Shown: positions 24,723 to 37,186 of the stretch, one piece after another | Layout of the letters: every line of letters starts with the position of its first letter | Numbering within the stretch: the stretch's first letter is position 1 | Source: Prorocentrum cordatum | Taxonomy: Eukaryota | Reading direction: 5' to 3' | Assembly (NCBI GenBank): GCA_963575745.1 | Contig: CAUYUJ010000102.1 | Coordinates: forward strand, 62,001-118,230 | Length of the DNA stretch: 56,230 nucleotides | The notes under the pieces: generated by a model | What the model saw: the letters and a program-made list of their open reading frames with translations, nothing else | Told to the model about the DNA's origin: nothing | Databases searched by the model: none | Translations under genes and position numbers: made by a program

Positions 24723-24825
24723 CTGGTAATGATGATGCTGGTGATGATTATAATGAGGATGCTGATGATGATGCTGATGATGATGATGATGATGATGCTG
24801 ATGCTGCTGCTGATGATGATGATGA
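21880..24825 (+). repeat. Near-identical ~1.48-kb tandem duplication within the (GAT)n field
   Basis: The landmark GCGATGGTAAGTGTGGTGTCG occurs at ~22003 and ~23484. GGGAAGGTTGATAATACTG, GCTAGCACTG and GGCTGTGGTTGACG each occur twice at nearly the same offset. Confidence 0.9.
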
Positions 24826-24869
24826 TGATGATGATGCTGATGATGATGATGAGGATGAGGATGAGGATG

Positions 24870-24925
<56 letters not shown>

Positions 24926-26568
24926 TGATGATGATGATGATGATAATGATGATGTGGGGCTGGAGGAGAAGTTCAGGAAGAGGAGGAACAGGACGTGTAG
25001 GAGGAGGAGGACGAGGAGGAGGAGGAGGAGCAAGATGAGGAGGAGGAGCAGGAGGAGGATGCGGAGTGAGGAGGAGGAGGAGGAGGGAGGAGGAGGAGGA
25101 GGAGGAGGAGGAGGAGAGGAGGAGGAGGAGGAGGAGGAGGAGGAGGAGGAGGAGAAGGAGGATGAGGAGGAAGAATAATAGGAGGATGAGGAGGAGGAGG
25201 AGCAGGAGGAGAGGAGGAGGGGGAGCAGGAGGAGGAGGAGGAAAGAGGAGGAGGAGGAGAGGAGAGGAGGAGAGGAGGAGCTGGAGGAGGCGAAGGAGGA
25301 GGAGGAGGAGGAGGAGCTGCAGAATGCGGAGGAGGATGCGGGATGAAGAGGAGGCGGTGGAAGAGAGGAGGAGGAGGAGGAGGATGAGGAGGTGTTGGAG
25401 GAGGAGGGGGATGCTGATGAAGGAGGGGGAGGAGAAGGAGGGGGAGGATGAGGAAGAGGAGAATGAGGAGGGGGCGGAGGAGGCGAAGAGGTGAAGCAGG
25501 AGGAAGGGGTGGAGGATGATGAGTAGAGAGGGGGAGATGAGTATGAGGATGGATGGATCATGACGGAGGATGGAGGATGGAGAATATAGGATGGAGGATT
25601 GTGGAGGCTGGAGGATGGAGGAGGATGATGAGGAGGAGGAGGCTGATGAGGAGGAGGAGGCGCAAGGGAGGAGCAGTAGGAGGGCGTATGATGATGACGA
25701 TGAGGAAGAGCAAGAGGAGAATTTGTAGGATGAGGAGGAGGAGGAGGGGGTGGAGGAAGATGAGCTGGATGAGGAGGACGATAACACATTTTCACACTAC
25801 CTGCCTGGCTCCAAGCACCGTACAATGCCGTGGTGTTATATTTGTTTGGTACGCCCCGTCCCTGACTCGGTGGAAATACCAATGGGATGCAGTACATTGT
25901 GAGGCGGCATGCCAACATGCAAGGGCGTTCCCAGCCTCTCACCACCCAGCATGCCCGCACGGGGTCGGGCAAGATATAAGGTAGCCTCTGCTAGCTGGTG
26001 TGCTGTCACGACCAAGACTTGTGGCATCGTGAACTTGAGACCCCGTCTGAGAACATAGGTAGCAGTGTGATGAGAAGGGGGTGGATGTGGCCCAAGGAGG
26101 GGGGTAGAGGAAGAGGAGGAGGAGAAGGAGGATGATGAGGAGGGGGAGGATGGGGAGAAGGATGATGATGATGATGAGGAGGAGGAGGAGGAGGGGAAGG
26201 AGGAGTTGGAGGAGGGAATTCGGATGCGGGTGATGACGGCAATGACAATGGTGGCGATGGTGGTGATGATTGTCATGATGCTGTTGTTGTTATTGTTGTT
26301 GTTGTAGCTGTTGCTGTTGTTGTGATTGTGGTTGTGACTGTTGTTTTGTTGTTGTTGTGTTTTTTAGTTTTATTTTTGTTTTTGATTTTGTTGTTGAGGC
26401 TGTTGTTGCTGTTGCTGTTGCTGTTGCTGTTGCGGTTGTTGTGGTTGTGGTTGTGGTTGTGGTTGTGGTTGTGGTTGTGGTTGTTGTTGTTGTTGTTGTT
26501 GTTGTTGCTGTTGTTGTTGTTCTTGTTGTTGTTGTTATTGTTGTCATTGTTGTTGCTGTTGTTGCTGC

Positions 26569-26601
<33 letters not shown>

Positions 26602-26609
26602 GGTTGTTG

Positions 26610-28700
26610 TTAAGTTCTCATTTCTAAAGAACAATTTGTGTTGATCTCCCTTGTCCGGTTCTTCTACTTTTCATGAAAAGTGCTTCTCCCAGGGCTCGCG
26701 CCCAGCTTTTTACAAGGGGATGTGGCGTGCCACCAAACTGTGCCCCTGGCCCACGAACTACAACAACAACGCCTCCCACCTGATACTTCCTCACACTTGA
26801 TTCCCAAATCGCGCTCTCGCGCGGGAATTCCTCCGCGCTCTCCCGTGGGACTTCCTCGCATTTTATTCTGACGTTGCGCCCTCGACACTCAGGAATCACG
26901 CTCTCGCTGTCGATTTCCTCACGATGTGTGGGGGAATCGCGCTATCGCTCGAGGTTTCCTGGCGATTCATGCAGGACGCACGCTTCAGCATCCCGCCTGC
27001 CCCTTGTTCCTTCCTTCCATCCGTCCTCTCTTCCCCTGCCTTCGGGGCTGCGCAAAATACACGCTGCATGTAAGAAAGATATACCCCTCAGGGGCTACAA
27101 TTGAAGACGAAGAGGGCGGGTATCGAGGGTTTGGGACAGACGTGATAAGAGTAATCAGTCTTAAACTCATTGTTGTTGTTGAACCCTCATTACTGAAGAA
27201 TAATTATTGTTGATGCCCCCTCTGGTGACCATTGTGTTTTTCAATTCAGATGCTTCCCCCGGGGCTCGCACCTTGGTTTTTATCAGAGAAAGTCACGGGG
27301 CTCCATCTGGACCCCTTGCCCCTCGTTTACAACAACAACAACGGCTCCCGCTCGATTTTCCCTTACAATTAATTCCCGAATCGCGCTCTCGCGCGGGACT
27401 TTCTCACAATTCATGTACACATCGCGCTTTCGCGTGGGATTGTTTTTCAGCTTATTCAGACGATGCGCCCTCGGCGCTCAGGAATCACGCTCTCGCTTTG
27501 GCTTTTCTCACGAGTTACTGGGGAATCGCGATATCGCTCGAGATTTTCTCGCGATTCATGAAGGACCCACACTTCAGCAACCCGCCTGCTCGACTTGGTC
27601 GCCTGGGCCGCCTTCCCGACGTGCCCGTTATGGGTCTGTCCACCCGATCTGCCCGTCTGGTTCTACCACTCGTTTTCTGCTCCTTGCCCCCCTCGTGCTA
27701 GTTTCTCTCGTGCTCCATTCTTCTCCCTCCCCCTTCTACCCGTCCTCTCTTCCCTTGTTTTAGTGGTTGCACTAAATGCACGTGGCAGGTAAGGAAGATA
27801 TACCCCCAAGGGGGCCCGATCGAAGACGACGAGGGCGGGTACCGAGCGTTTGGGATATACGTGTTGATTGACAGGAGCGAACAGTCTTAAAATGATTGTT
27901 GTTGTTGATGTTGTTACTGCTGCTGCTGCTTTTGTTGTTGTTATCGTCGTTGTTGTTGTGGTTGTGGTCGTGGTTGTGGTTGTCGTTGGTGTTGGTGTCG
28001 TTGTTGTTGCTACTGCTGCTGTTGTTGTACTTGAATTCTCATTTCAGTCGAATGGTGGTTGCTGCCCCCCCCGCCCACGAACCATTGTTGGTTCACATAA
28101 TGTGCTCCTCCCGGTGCTCGCACCCTTTTTTATAAGAGGAAGCGAGGTGTCACGAAATTGGGCTCGTGGCCTCCGAGTGAAACAGCAACGGCTCCCGCCT
28201 GATACGTCTCCACAAGTTATTTGAGAAGCGCGCCCTCTCGCGGGATGTCCTCATAAGTTCTACAGGAATCGCGCTTCTGAGTTCACGCTGTCGCTCTGGC
28301 CTTTCTCACCACCCACTTGGGAATCGCGCTGTCCCTCGAGACTTCCTCGCGAATCATGCTCACGCTTCGGCAACCCGCCTGCTCGACTTGGCCGCCTGGG
28401 CCCGCCATCCCGACCCGCCCATCAGGGTCTACCCGACCTGTCTGCCCGTCTGGTTCTGCCACGTGTTTTCTGGTCCCAGGCCTCCTCCTGCTAATCTTTC
28501 TCGTGCTCCATCCTTCTCCCTCCCCTTCCATCCGTTCTCGCTTCCCCTGTTTTAGGGGCTGCGCCAACTACACGCGGCAGCTCGGGAAGACATACCACCA
28601 AGGGGGGTACGATCGAAGACGGAAAGGGCGGGTACCGAGGGTTCAGGATATACGTGTTGAATGGCATGAGAGCAGATGAGGGCGGTCAGTCTGAAACTGG
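26610..28700 (+). repeat. Three diverged tandem copies of a ~570-710-bp unit, each followed by a (GTT)n tract
   Basis: Units at ~26610-27170, ~27180-27895 and ~28030-28700 share ...ATCGCGCTCTCGCGCGGGA...CTTC(A/G)GCA(A/T)CCCGCCTGC...GAAGACG...GGGCGGGTA(C/T)CGAG.GTT.GGGA.A.ACGTG...CAGTCT.AAA(GTT)n. Confidence 0.85.
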
Positions 28701-29000
28701 TTGTCGTTGTTGTTGCTGCTGTTCTTGTTGTTGTGGCTGTTGTTGCTGTTGTTGTTTTTGTTTTTGTTTGTTAGTTTGGTTGTTTGTTATTGTTGTTATT
28801 GTTTCTGCTCTTGTTTTCGTTGTTGCTGTTGCCGATGACGTTTTGTTGTTGTTGCTGTTGCGATTGTGGTTGTTGGTGTTGGTGTTGTTGTGTTTGTTGT
28901 TGTTGCTGCTGTTGGTGATGCTGTAGTATTATTATTATTAGTAGTAGTCGTAGTCGTGGTCGTGGTAGTAGTAGTAGTAGTAGTAGTAGTCGTAGTGGTC

Positions 29001-29053
<53 letters not shown>

Positions 29054-29072
29054 CGTAGTCGTAGTCGTGGTA

Positions 29073-29167
<95 letters not shown>

Positions 29168-29193
29168 CGTAGTCGTAGTCGTAGTAGTATTAT

Positions 29194-29251
<58 letters not shown>

Positions 29252-29252
29252 C

Positions 29253-29290
<38 letters not shown>

Positions 29291-29399
29291 CGTCGTCGTC
29301 GTAGTGGTAGTAGTTGATGTTACTGCTGTTGTGATGGTTACTGCTGCTGCTGCTGCCATTGTTGATGTTGTCGTCGTTGCTGTTGTTGTTGTGGTTGTT

Positions 29400-29450
<51 letters not shown>

Positions 29451-30038
29451 ATTGTTGTTGTTATTGTTGTGGTTGTTATTGCTGCGGCTGCTGTTGTTGT
29501 TGTGGTTGCTGTTGTTGATAATGAGACGAATGATGATAACATGAGGAGGGAACATGAGAAGGGACCAGTCAAACTGCTGCTGCTGATGCTGATGACGATG
29601 GTGACGGTGATGATGATGATGGTGGTGGTGGTGGTGGTGGTGATGATGATGATTCTTAGGAGGAGGAGGAGGAGAAGGATGAGAAGGGGGGGAATAATGA
29701 GGGTGAGAAGGATGAGGAGGAGGGGGCATAGGATGATGATGATGATGATGATGAGGAGGAGGAGGAGGAGGAGGAGGGGCTGCATAGGAGAGGAGGAGGA
29801 GGAGGAGGAGGAGGAGGAGGAGGAGGAGGGATGAGAAGGAATGAGGAGGAGGGGAATAATGAGGATGAGAAGGATGAGAAGGAGGGGGGGATGAGGATGA
29901 TATGGATGATGATGATGATGATGATGATTATGATGAGATGATGATGATGATGATGATGGATGATGGTGATGGTGATGATGATGTGATGGTGATGGTGATG
30001 ATGGTGAGATGATGATGCTGATGGATGATTGATGATGA

Positions 30039-30108
<70 letters not shown>

Positions 30109-30300
30109 GGAGGAGGAGGAGGAGGAGGAGGAGGAGAGGAAAGAGGAAGGAAGGGGAGGGAGGAGGAGGAGGAGGAGGCGGAGGAGGAGGAGGAGGAGGA
30201 GAGGAGGAGGAGGAGGAGGAGGAGGAGGGAGGAGGAGGAGGAGGAGGAGGAGGAGGAGGAGGAGGAGGAGGAGGAGGAGGAGGAGGAGGAGGAGGAATAC
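28700..30300 (+). repeat. Compound (GTT)n/(GTA)n/(GAT)n/(GAG)n microsatellite
   Basis: Directly visible. Confidence 0.95.
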
Positions 30301-30610
30301 GTAGGAGGAGGGAGAGATGGGCACATGTGGCCGAGGGCCCTCTCTCTCCTCCCGCGAGGCCCCGCAGGAGCGACCGCGGCGCCGGCGCGGAAGAGGCCCG
30401 GCGGCCGGCCGCCCCCCAGCGGCCGAGCGTGCAGGTCGCGGATCGTTCGCGTCGGCCTGCGGGCGGGGCGGGTCGCGCTCGCACCCAGGGGCGTCGTCGC
30501 CTCGCCTGCCGGCTGGCCGTCGTCGCCGGCTGGCCGTCGTCGCCGGCCGGCTCGCGGTCGCCGCGTCGGTTTGTCGCTGCCGCCGTCGCCGTGGCCGCCG
30601 CAGTCGTTGT

Positions 30611-30643
<33 letters not shown>

Positions 30644-31211
30644 CGGCGGCGTCTTTGTCGTCTTTGTCGTCTTTGTCGTCTTCGTCGTCTTTGTCGTCTT
30701 TGTCGTCGTCTTTGTCGTCGTCTTTGTCGTCGTCTTTGTCGTCGTTGTCGTCGTTGTCCTCTTTCTCGTCTTTGTCGTCTTTGTCGTCGTCGTCGTCGTC
30801 GTTGCCGCCGCCGCCGCCGTCGGGCACGGGGCCTGTGGCTTCCAGGGCTTGTTCCACAGAGCCTGGGATTGCTCGAGAGGGCGGGGGGAGAGGAGAGGTG
30901 GGGGTGGGAATGAGGAGTAGGATGAGGCCTCCTCTTCCCATCTTCCCTCCCCCCTTCTCAGCCTTCTGGCATCCCCCCCCTCTACCCCAGTGGGGATGAT
31001 GATTTTGGCGAGGAAGACGGTACGACGACGACGACGACGACGAGGAGGAGGAGGAGGAGGGGAGGAGGAGGGGAGGAGGAGGAAGGAGGAGGAGGAGGAG
31101 GAGGTGAGGCGGAGGAGGAGGAGGAGGAGGAGGAGGAGGAGGAGGATGAGGTGGAGGAGGAGGAGGGGGGAGGAGGAGGAGGAGGAGGAGGAGGAAGAAG
31201 AAGAGGAGGCG

Positions 31212-31993
31212 GTGCTCTTTTGGGAGGCCTCTTGGTGGCCTCTTGGGGTGTCTTGAACGCGTCGTGGGCCGCCTGGAAGCCATCTTGGGTGTCTCGGACC
31301 GATTGTGCCATCGCTGGCGTTTGGGGGCCTCTTTGGGGCCTCCAGGGGGCCACTTGTGGGGTTCTCTTGGGGGCTCTTTGCGGCCTCTTGGAGCCTCTTA
31401 GGGGGCTCTTGGGGGCTTCCTGGGACCTCCTGGGCGCCTCTTGGGGCCGAGGGATCGAACTGTCCGTTCGGGTTCTCCGTCTGGCCCCCTCTTGGGGCCG
31501 TCCAGGGGATGTCTTGGGCCGTGCTGGAGGCCTCTTGGACCGTCTTGGGACCCTCTTGGGCCCTCTTGGGGCTCTCTTGGAGGCCTCTTGGGCCGTCTTC
31601 GGGCGATATCTGGGGCCTTTTGGGCCGTCTTTGAGCGTCAGAAAGCTGAACAGATGAGAACGCCAAAATCTTCAACAACCAAAGGGAACTCGATGGTTTT
31701 TGCCTCCTGGGGCCCTCTTGAGATGCTTCTTCGAGGCCTCTTTGGGCGTCTTGGGGGCGTCTGCGGCTGTCTGGAGGCTATCTTGGACCGTCTTGGGGAC
31801 TCTTGAGGCCCTCTAGGAGCGCTCTGGGGCGCCTGAAAGCCGCGCCCAGAAGGCAAAACCATCTCTGAGTCGGACCGCCTGGGGTACTTTTCGTCCAGGG
31901 GCCCCCAGGAGCCGCCCCGCGCGCGCGAACTAGAAGTATTGTTTACCAGTAGCAGGAGATCTTAGCACGCCTCCAGCCCGTTGGGCTGGCGAA
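31212..31993 (+). repeat. TCTTGG-rich dispersed repeat ending in a GC hairpin; related copy at 55350-56012
   Basis: Dense GGCCTCTTGG motifs. The core GTCAGAA.G..GAA....A(A/C)CGCCAAAAT.TTC.A.AACCA.AAGGG.AA..(C/A)ATGGTTTT is shared with ~55632-55698. Confidence 0.75.
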
Positions 31994-33353
31994 GAAGGAG
32001 GAGGAGGAGGAGGATGAGGAGGAGGAGGAGGAGGAGGCCCATTCCGAGTGGCCTGGCGTGTGGCCGCGCTGGCTGCTCATCTTCTCGCTCGTCGGGCTCC
32101 GCGGAGCGCACTCCGCTCCGCTGTGGCCCAGCGCTCGTTACGACCGGCTCGCGCGACTCCGCGGAGTCCGAGACAGAGGGCCTCCTGGGGGGAGGAGGAG
32201 GAGGAGGAGGAGGAGGAGGAGTGAGGAGAGGCGGAGGAGGAGGAGGAGGAGGGAGGAGGGGGAGGAGGAGGAGGAGGAGGAGGAAGGAGGAGGCAGGAGG
32301 AGGAGGAGAGGAGGAGGAGGAGGAGGAGGAGGAGGAGGAGAGAGAGAAGAGAGAGTTATGAAGGAGGAGAAAGGAGGAGGAAGAGGAGGAGGAGGAGGAG
32401 GAGGCGGAGGAGAGGAGGAGGAGAGGAGGAGGAGGAGGAGGAGGAGGAGGAGGAGGAGGAGGAGGAGGAGGAGGAAGAGGAGGACGACCGACGAGGAGGA
32501 CCTGTGGGCCTCTGGGGCGAAAGGCTCATATCTCTGCTCGTGTTCCCGCTCTTGGCCAACTTTTGGGGCCGTCTTGGGGCCCTCTTCGGCCCTCTTGGGC
32601 GCCCCTCGACCGAGCCAGCGCTCGTTACGACCAGCCGCGCTGGCTCGGTCCACCCGGCCAGGGATCATTTCGCCGAGATCGGCTGCGTGAATGGCGCCAC
32701 GGTCTTTCTGGGCGTGGGAAGGCTCTGCGTGCGACGGCGCGTACTGCGCCGCTGTCAGTCGAAGGCCGCTGCCGCGGGCCTTCCCATGTGCCCATGGCGG
32801 CGCACGGGGCGCTTCTTCGGCAGGGCCGAGGTCGCCGCGCAGCCGCGTGGAAGACCCTGGTGGACGGCGCCCCGCAATCAGGGTCCTTGCTGCCGCCCGC
32901 CTCCCAGGTGGCACCGCTGAGGGGCTTACAGGGCAGCGTGCGTCGGACCACCCGCGGGCGCATGGCGAATCTTGCCGCGGCCCCTCTTCGAAAACATGCC
33001 GTTCCGCTGTGAAGGCCGAGGACGCTCGTATATCGAGTCCGGCTCGGACACGCCAGCAGACAGCCATTACCGAGCTCTTCGGGGCAGGGGTTCGGCACCC
33101 CAGGATTCGCCGTGGGCGCCGCATCCAAGACAGAAGAGAGGAAGATGGGGAGGGATGGAGGAGGAGGAGGAGGAGGAGGAGGAAGAGTAGGAGGAGGAGG
33201 AGGAGGAGGAGTAGGAGGAGGAGGAGGAGGATGAGGAGGAGGAGGTTCGGAGGAGGTTCGAGGGGGAGGAGGAGGAGGTTCGGATGAGTTTCGAGGAGGA
33301 GGAGAAGGAGGAGGAGGAGGAGAAGGAGGAGGACCAGTGTAAACCCAAGAGGC

Positions 33354-33888
33354 ATCAACGATGTTGGGATAAACCCTCCCTCCAAGCTCCCTCTTCATAG
33401 GTCTTTACATCGGTTCATTTCCATTGAAGGAACTGCCTCTCTGGAAGACAACCGTTTGAAGACTCTGAAGCATGCCAAAACATTGTTATCGGGATTCGAA
33501 CGCCACGGATCAACCTGACTGTTACGTTTTGACGATCATGAATCGTGCCAGAACGCCATTCTTGGGACTTCGACACAGCGATTCAACAGAACTGTTGCGC
33601 CAACATAATCCTGAATCCTTTCAAAACACCGTTTCTGGCCCGTCGATGATGGGAATCCGTGGAACTCTTGCTGTTTTTAAACAAATGTGCGCCGCGCTAA
33701 GGCGAGAGCCACACATCGAAACGACCCGCCCTCAATCCGTGACAGCTGGCAAATTTTTAAAACGAGTGTGCGCCGCGCTACGGCGAGAGCAACATTTTGG
33801 AAACGACCCACCCTCAATTGGTGAAACTATTGTCAACTTTTAAGCTTCAGAATCAGAACTGGTGAGGAAGTCTCAGGCGAAATGCTCG
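33354..33888 (+). repeat. Second copy of the 15826-16740 element, with fewer internal units
   Basis: Colinear similarity over about 300 bp, plus two ~76-bp units. Confidence 0.85.
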
Positions 33889-34199
33889 GAGGAGGAGGAG
33901 GACGATGAGGAGGAGGAGGAGGAGGCTGATGAGGAGGCGGAGGAGGAGCAACAATAATGAGAAGCATACGAAGCAGACTACCAATCATCCTAATAATACT
34001 AACACGCATGAGCGACTCATATGAATACCACGAATAGGGATGATAAAACGACGAACAGTAATACCGTTAATACGAATAATAAGAACATAGTCATATTGAC
34101 AGTACACGTAGTCATAGTAATACTAACATCCAGAGTAGTCATACTACTAATAGTCATCTTGACAGTATTCACAATCATAGTACTGATCCACATACTACT

Positions 34200-34355
34200 A
34201 ACCATACTACGAATACTTATACTGCTACTACTACTATAACTACTACTTCGACTACTACTTCTACTACTACTACTTTTACTACTACTACTACTACTAATAC
34301 TACTACTACTACTACTCTTACTCTACTACTACTACTACTGCTACTACTACTACTA

Positions 34356-34392
<37 letters not shown>

Positions 34393-34406
34393 CACTACCA
34401 CTACCA

Positions 34407-34482
<76 letters not shown>

Positions 34483-34483
34483 G

Positions 34484-34523
<40 letters not shown>

Positions 34524-34551
34524 ACTACTACTACTATACTAACTACTACTA

Positions 34552-34587
<36 letters not shown>

Positions 34588-34594
34588 ACTACTA

Positions 34595-34633
<39 letters not shown>

Positions 34634-34648
34634 ACTACTACTACTACT

Positions 34649-34701
<53 letters not shown>

Positions 34702-34785
34702 ATAGACTACTACTACTACTACTACTACTAATAGTACTACTAATAGTAATAGTACTACTAATAGTACTACTACTACTATAATAAT
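34200..34785 (+). repeat. (TAC)n microsatellite, reverse in orientation to the (GTA)n at ~28925-29310
   Basis: Directly visible. Confidence 0.95.
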
Positions 34786-36020
34786 AAGATAAGGATGAGG
34801 AGGAGGAATATGACCATGCTGATGATGATGATGCTGCTGCTGATGATGATGATGAGGATGATGATGATGAGGATGTGGAGGAGGAGGAGGAGGAGGAGAA
34901 CGGACAGGAATATGAACATGATGATAATAATGCTTTGATGCGACACCCACTTAGGGTCGAGGTCTGGCCTGTTAGGAGGAGGAGGATGAGGAGGAGGAGG
35001 AGGAGGAGGTTCGGAAGAGGAGGTTCGGAGGTTCAGAGGAGGAGGAGGAGGAGGCGGAGGAGGAGGAGGAGGAGGAAACGGAGGAGGACGAGGAGGAGGA
35101 GGAGGAGGAGGGAGGAGGAGGAGGAGGAGGAGGAGGAGGAGGAGGAGGGGGAGGAGGGGTAGGAGGAGGGGTAGGAGGAGGAAGAGGAGGAGGAGGCGGA
35201 GGCGGAGGAGGAGGAGGGAGAGGAGGAGGAGGAGGAGGAGGAGGAGGAGGAGGAGGAGGAAGAGGAGGAGGAGGAGGTTCGGAGGAGGTTCGAGGAGGAG
35301 GAGGAGGAGGGGAGGAGGAAGGAGGAGGAGGAGGAGGAGGTCGGAGGTGGTTCGAGGAGGAGGAGGAGAAGGAGGAGGAGGTGGAGGAGGAGGAGGAGGT
35401 GGAGGATGAGGAGGAGGAGGAGGAGGAGGAGGAGGTAGAGGAGGAGGAGGTGGAGGAGAGGGTGAAGAATGAAGAGGAGGAAGTGGTGGAGGAGGAGGAG
35501 GAGGACCCCCCTGCCGTCTTTCCCTGCTCTCGCCGCTCCCCCGCCGCCAGGGCCGCCCTTTCCGCCGAGCCCGGAGGCGTCATTGGGGATGAGGCGCGGG
35601 GGGCGTCAGCCGACCAGCTCGCCAATCGATGACCCTCAGGACGTGTGTTGGCCCTGTGTGCATGCGCTTTGCCTCCCACGAAGCGCCCTGTGTCCCTGAA
35701 TCCCACGGGCGACCACCCCTCTTGTACCCTGGCAAGATCGCGGTGCGCAGCTCCGTGAGCAGCCATTCTGCGCGATTCCTACCCAGAGCCTGGACCGCTA
35801 CTGAACGCCTCGCCTTCGCCTCGTTCTCTCCCCGCCTGCTCGGCGTGAGTGTGCCATGTCGCATTTCAATCTCGGCTCTCCCGCGGATGTGTGCTGCTCC
35901 CGTGCATGTCCGCCGATGGCGCGCAGCCTGTGGCGGCCCTTGTTGCACCGCCTGCGCCGCACTGAGGGGCTTCGGTGGCCAAGCGCACGCTGGCGCTGAC
36001 GCGCGTTGTGAGGATCCTCG

Positions 36021-36612
36021 AGCCGATCCTGGCCGGGCCGGTCCTGGGCCAGGGATCGGTGTGCGCGCCCTCCTTCGGGGGCGCCGAAGAAGGGGGGCGA
36101 GGACTAGGGGGTGGATTTGTGAGTGGCCTCTCGCCCGAGTTCGCGGACTTTTTTGGGACTCCTGGCACTGCGCCTCGCCGCGGGGCTTTCTGGGGCGTGG
36201 GGGCCACGTGGAGGTGGGTATCCTAAGTGGGGCCATGGCGTCTCCCTCTGATTTCATGCCCCCCGCCTTCCCTCAACACGTCCCTTGGCGCCCAGTCGTT
36301 CGCGCCATGCTGCGGTGGACCTTCCCTTCCAGGCCCGCCCTCTTCGGCGCGCGCGAGAGCGGTGTGTGCTCCCCCTTCCTGGTTCGGCCAGGGCACATAC
36401 AGCCACCCCGCACACTAATGGGCAGCCTTCCCAAGGGTACCCTTGCATCCTTGCCTCCTCGGTCCATCCTTGGCCACCTTCGTTGGCGGCGCCCCGCTCG
36501 AGAAGCTTCGACACGGGCGCCCAAGACCCTTGCATCCTTATCGCGCATCTTTCTGATGCGGGCAAGGTGTGTACCGATGCTGGGCCCAGGGTCGGCCTGG
36601 CCCGGATCGGCG
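36021..36612. mobile_element. TIR-bounded element (family B arms) carrying a ~130-bp dispersed repeat
   Basis: The left arm GCCGATCCTGGCCGGGCCGGTCCTGGGCCAGGGATCGGT is an imperfect reverse complement of ACCGATGCTGGGCCCAGGGTCGGCCTGGCCCGGATCGGC. The interior segment 36420-36550 matches 45750-45880. Confidence 0.55.
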
Positions 36613-37186
36613 AGGTGGCGGGCCGACGTCCCCCGAGAGGCGCGGCTGCCGGAGAAACTGCTCGCGGGGGTGCTGGCGGACCCCCGCAACTTCCAGCAGA
36701 GGCGCGCTTTCGGGCGGCGCGCTCAGCGTTCAGCGCTGGCCAGGGAGCAATGATGGGGATCCCGCAAAGGGTGTGTGTGTGTGTGTGCCCCGGGGTGTGT
36801 GTGAGTTCGATTTGATTTTTGCACCGAACCGCCCAGTACAGATGCCCCCCACCCGCCGACAGCTCCCGATAGTTGCCGACAGGTGGGTCATGCGGGAGGC
36901 ATCTGTTTGCGGCAGTTCGGTGCACCAGCGGATCGAACTCATGCCCCCCCTCAGGGTCCCCCCCCCCTGTGGTGGATCCCGAACCAGCAATAAACATACT
37001 TCCGACGGTCCGCGCGGATTGGTTCGATCTGCGCTGGTCTTCCCCGGGGGCGCCACCTGTGCCGCCCCTGGCGCGCCCGCGTGTCGGGGTGCTGGGTGCC
37101 CAGCGCCGACCGACCTGGAGCATCCGTGCGGACACTCGCGAAGTTCACGCTGATGTTCAGTTTACAAACACGGGGCTACCATTAAA

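Larger units (their letters stand above)
14350..26610 (+). repeat. ~12-kb field of imperfect (GAT)n, (GAG)n, (GA)n and (GTT)n microsatellites with small unique islands
   Basis: Directly visible; the poly-M/D/I/H/R/E ORFs here are artefacts. Confidence 0.95.

Noticed and set aside
14350..31678. Very long ORFs (e.g. 16753-20757, 23288-25972, 28796-31678) encoding poly-I/M/H/D/T/V
   Set aside because: They are translations of trinucleotide microsatellites that lack stops in some frames, with no domain content.
35580..37153. Overlapping 200-370 aa GC-rich ORFs, also at 32138-33398 and 45532-46510
   Set aside because: They are open in several frames on both strands because of high GC, cross dispersed repeats, and show no domain signatures.
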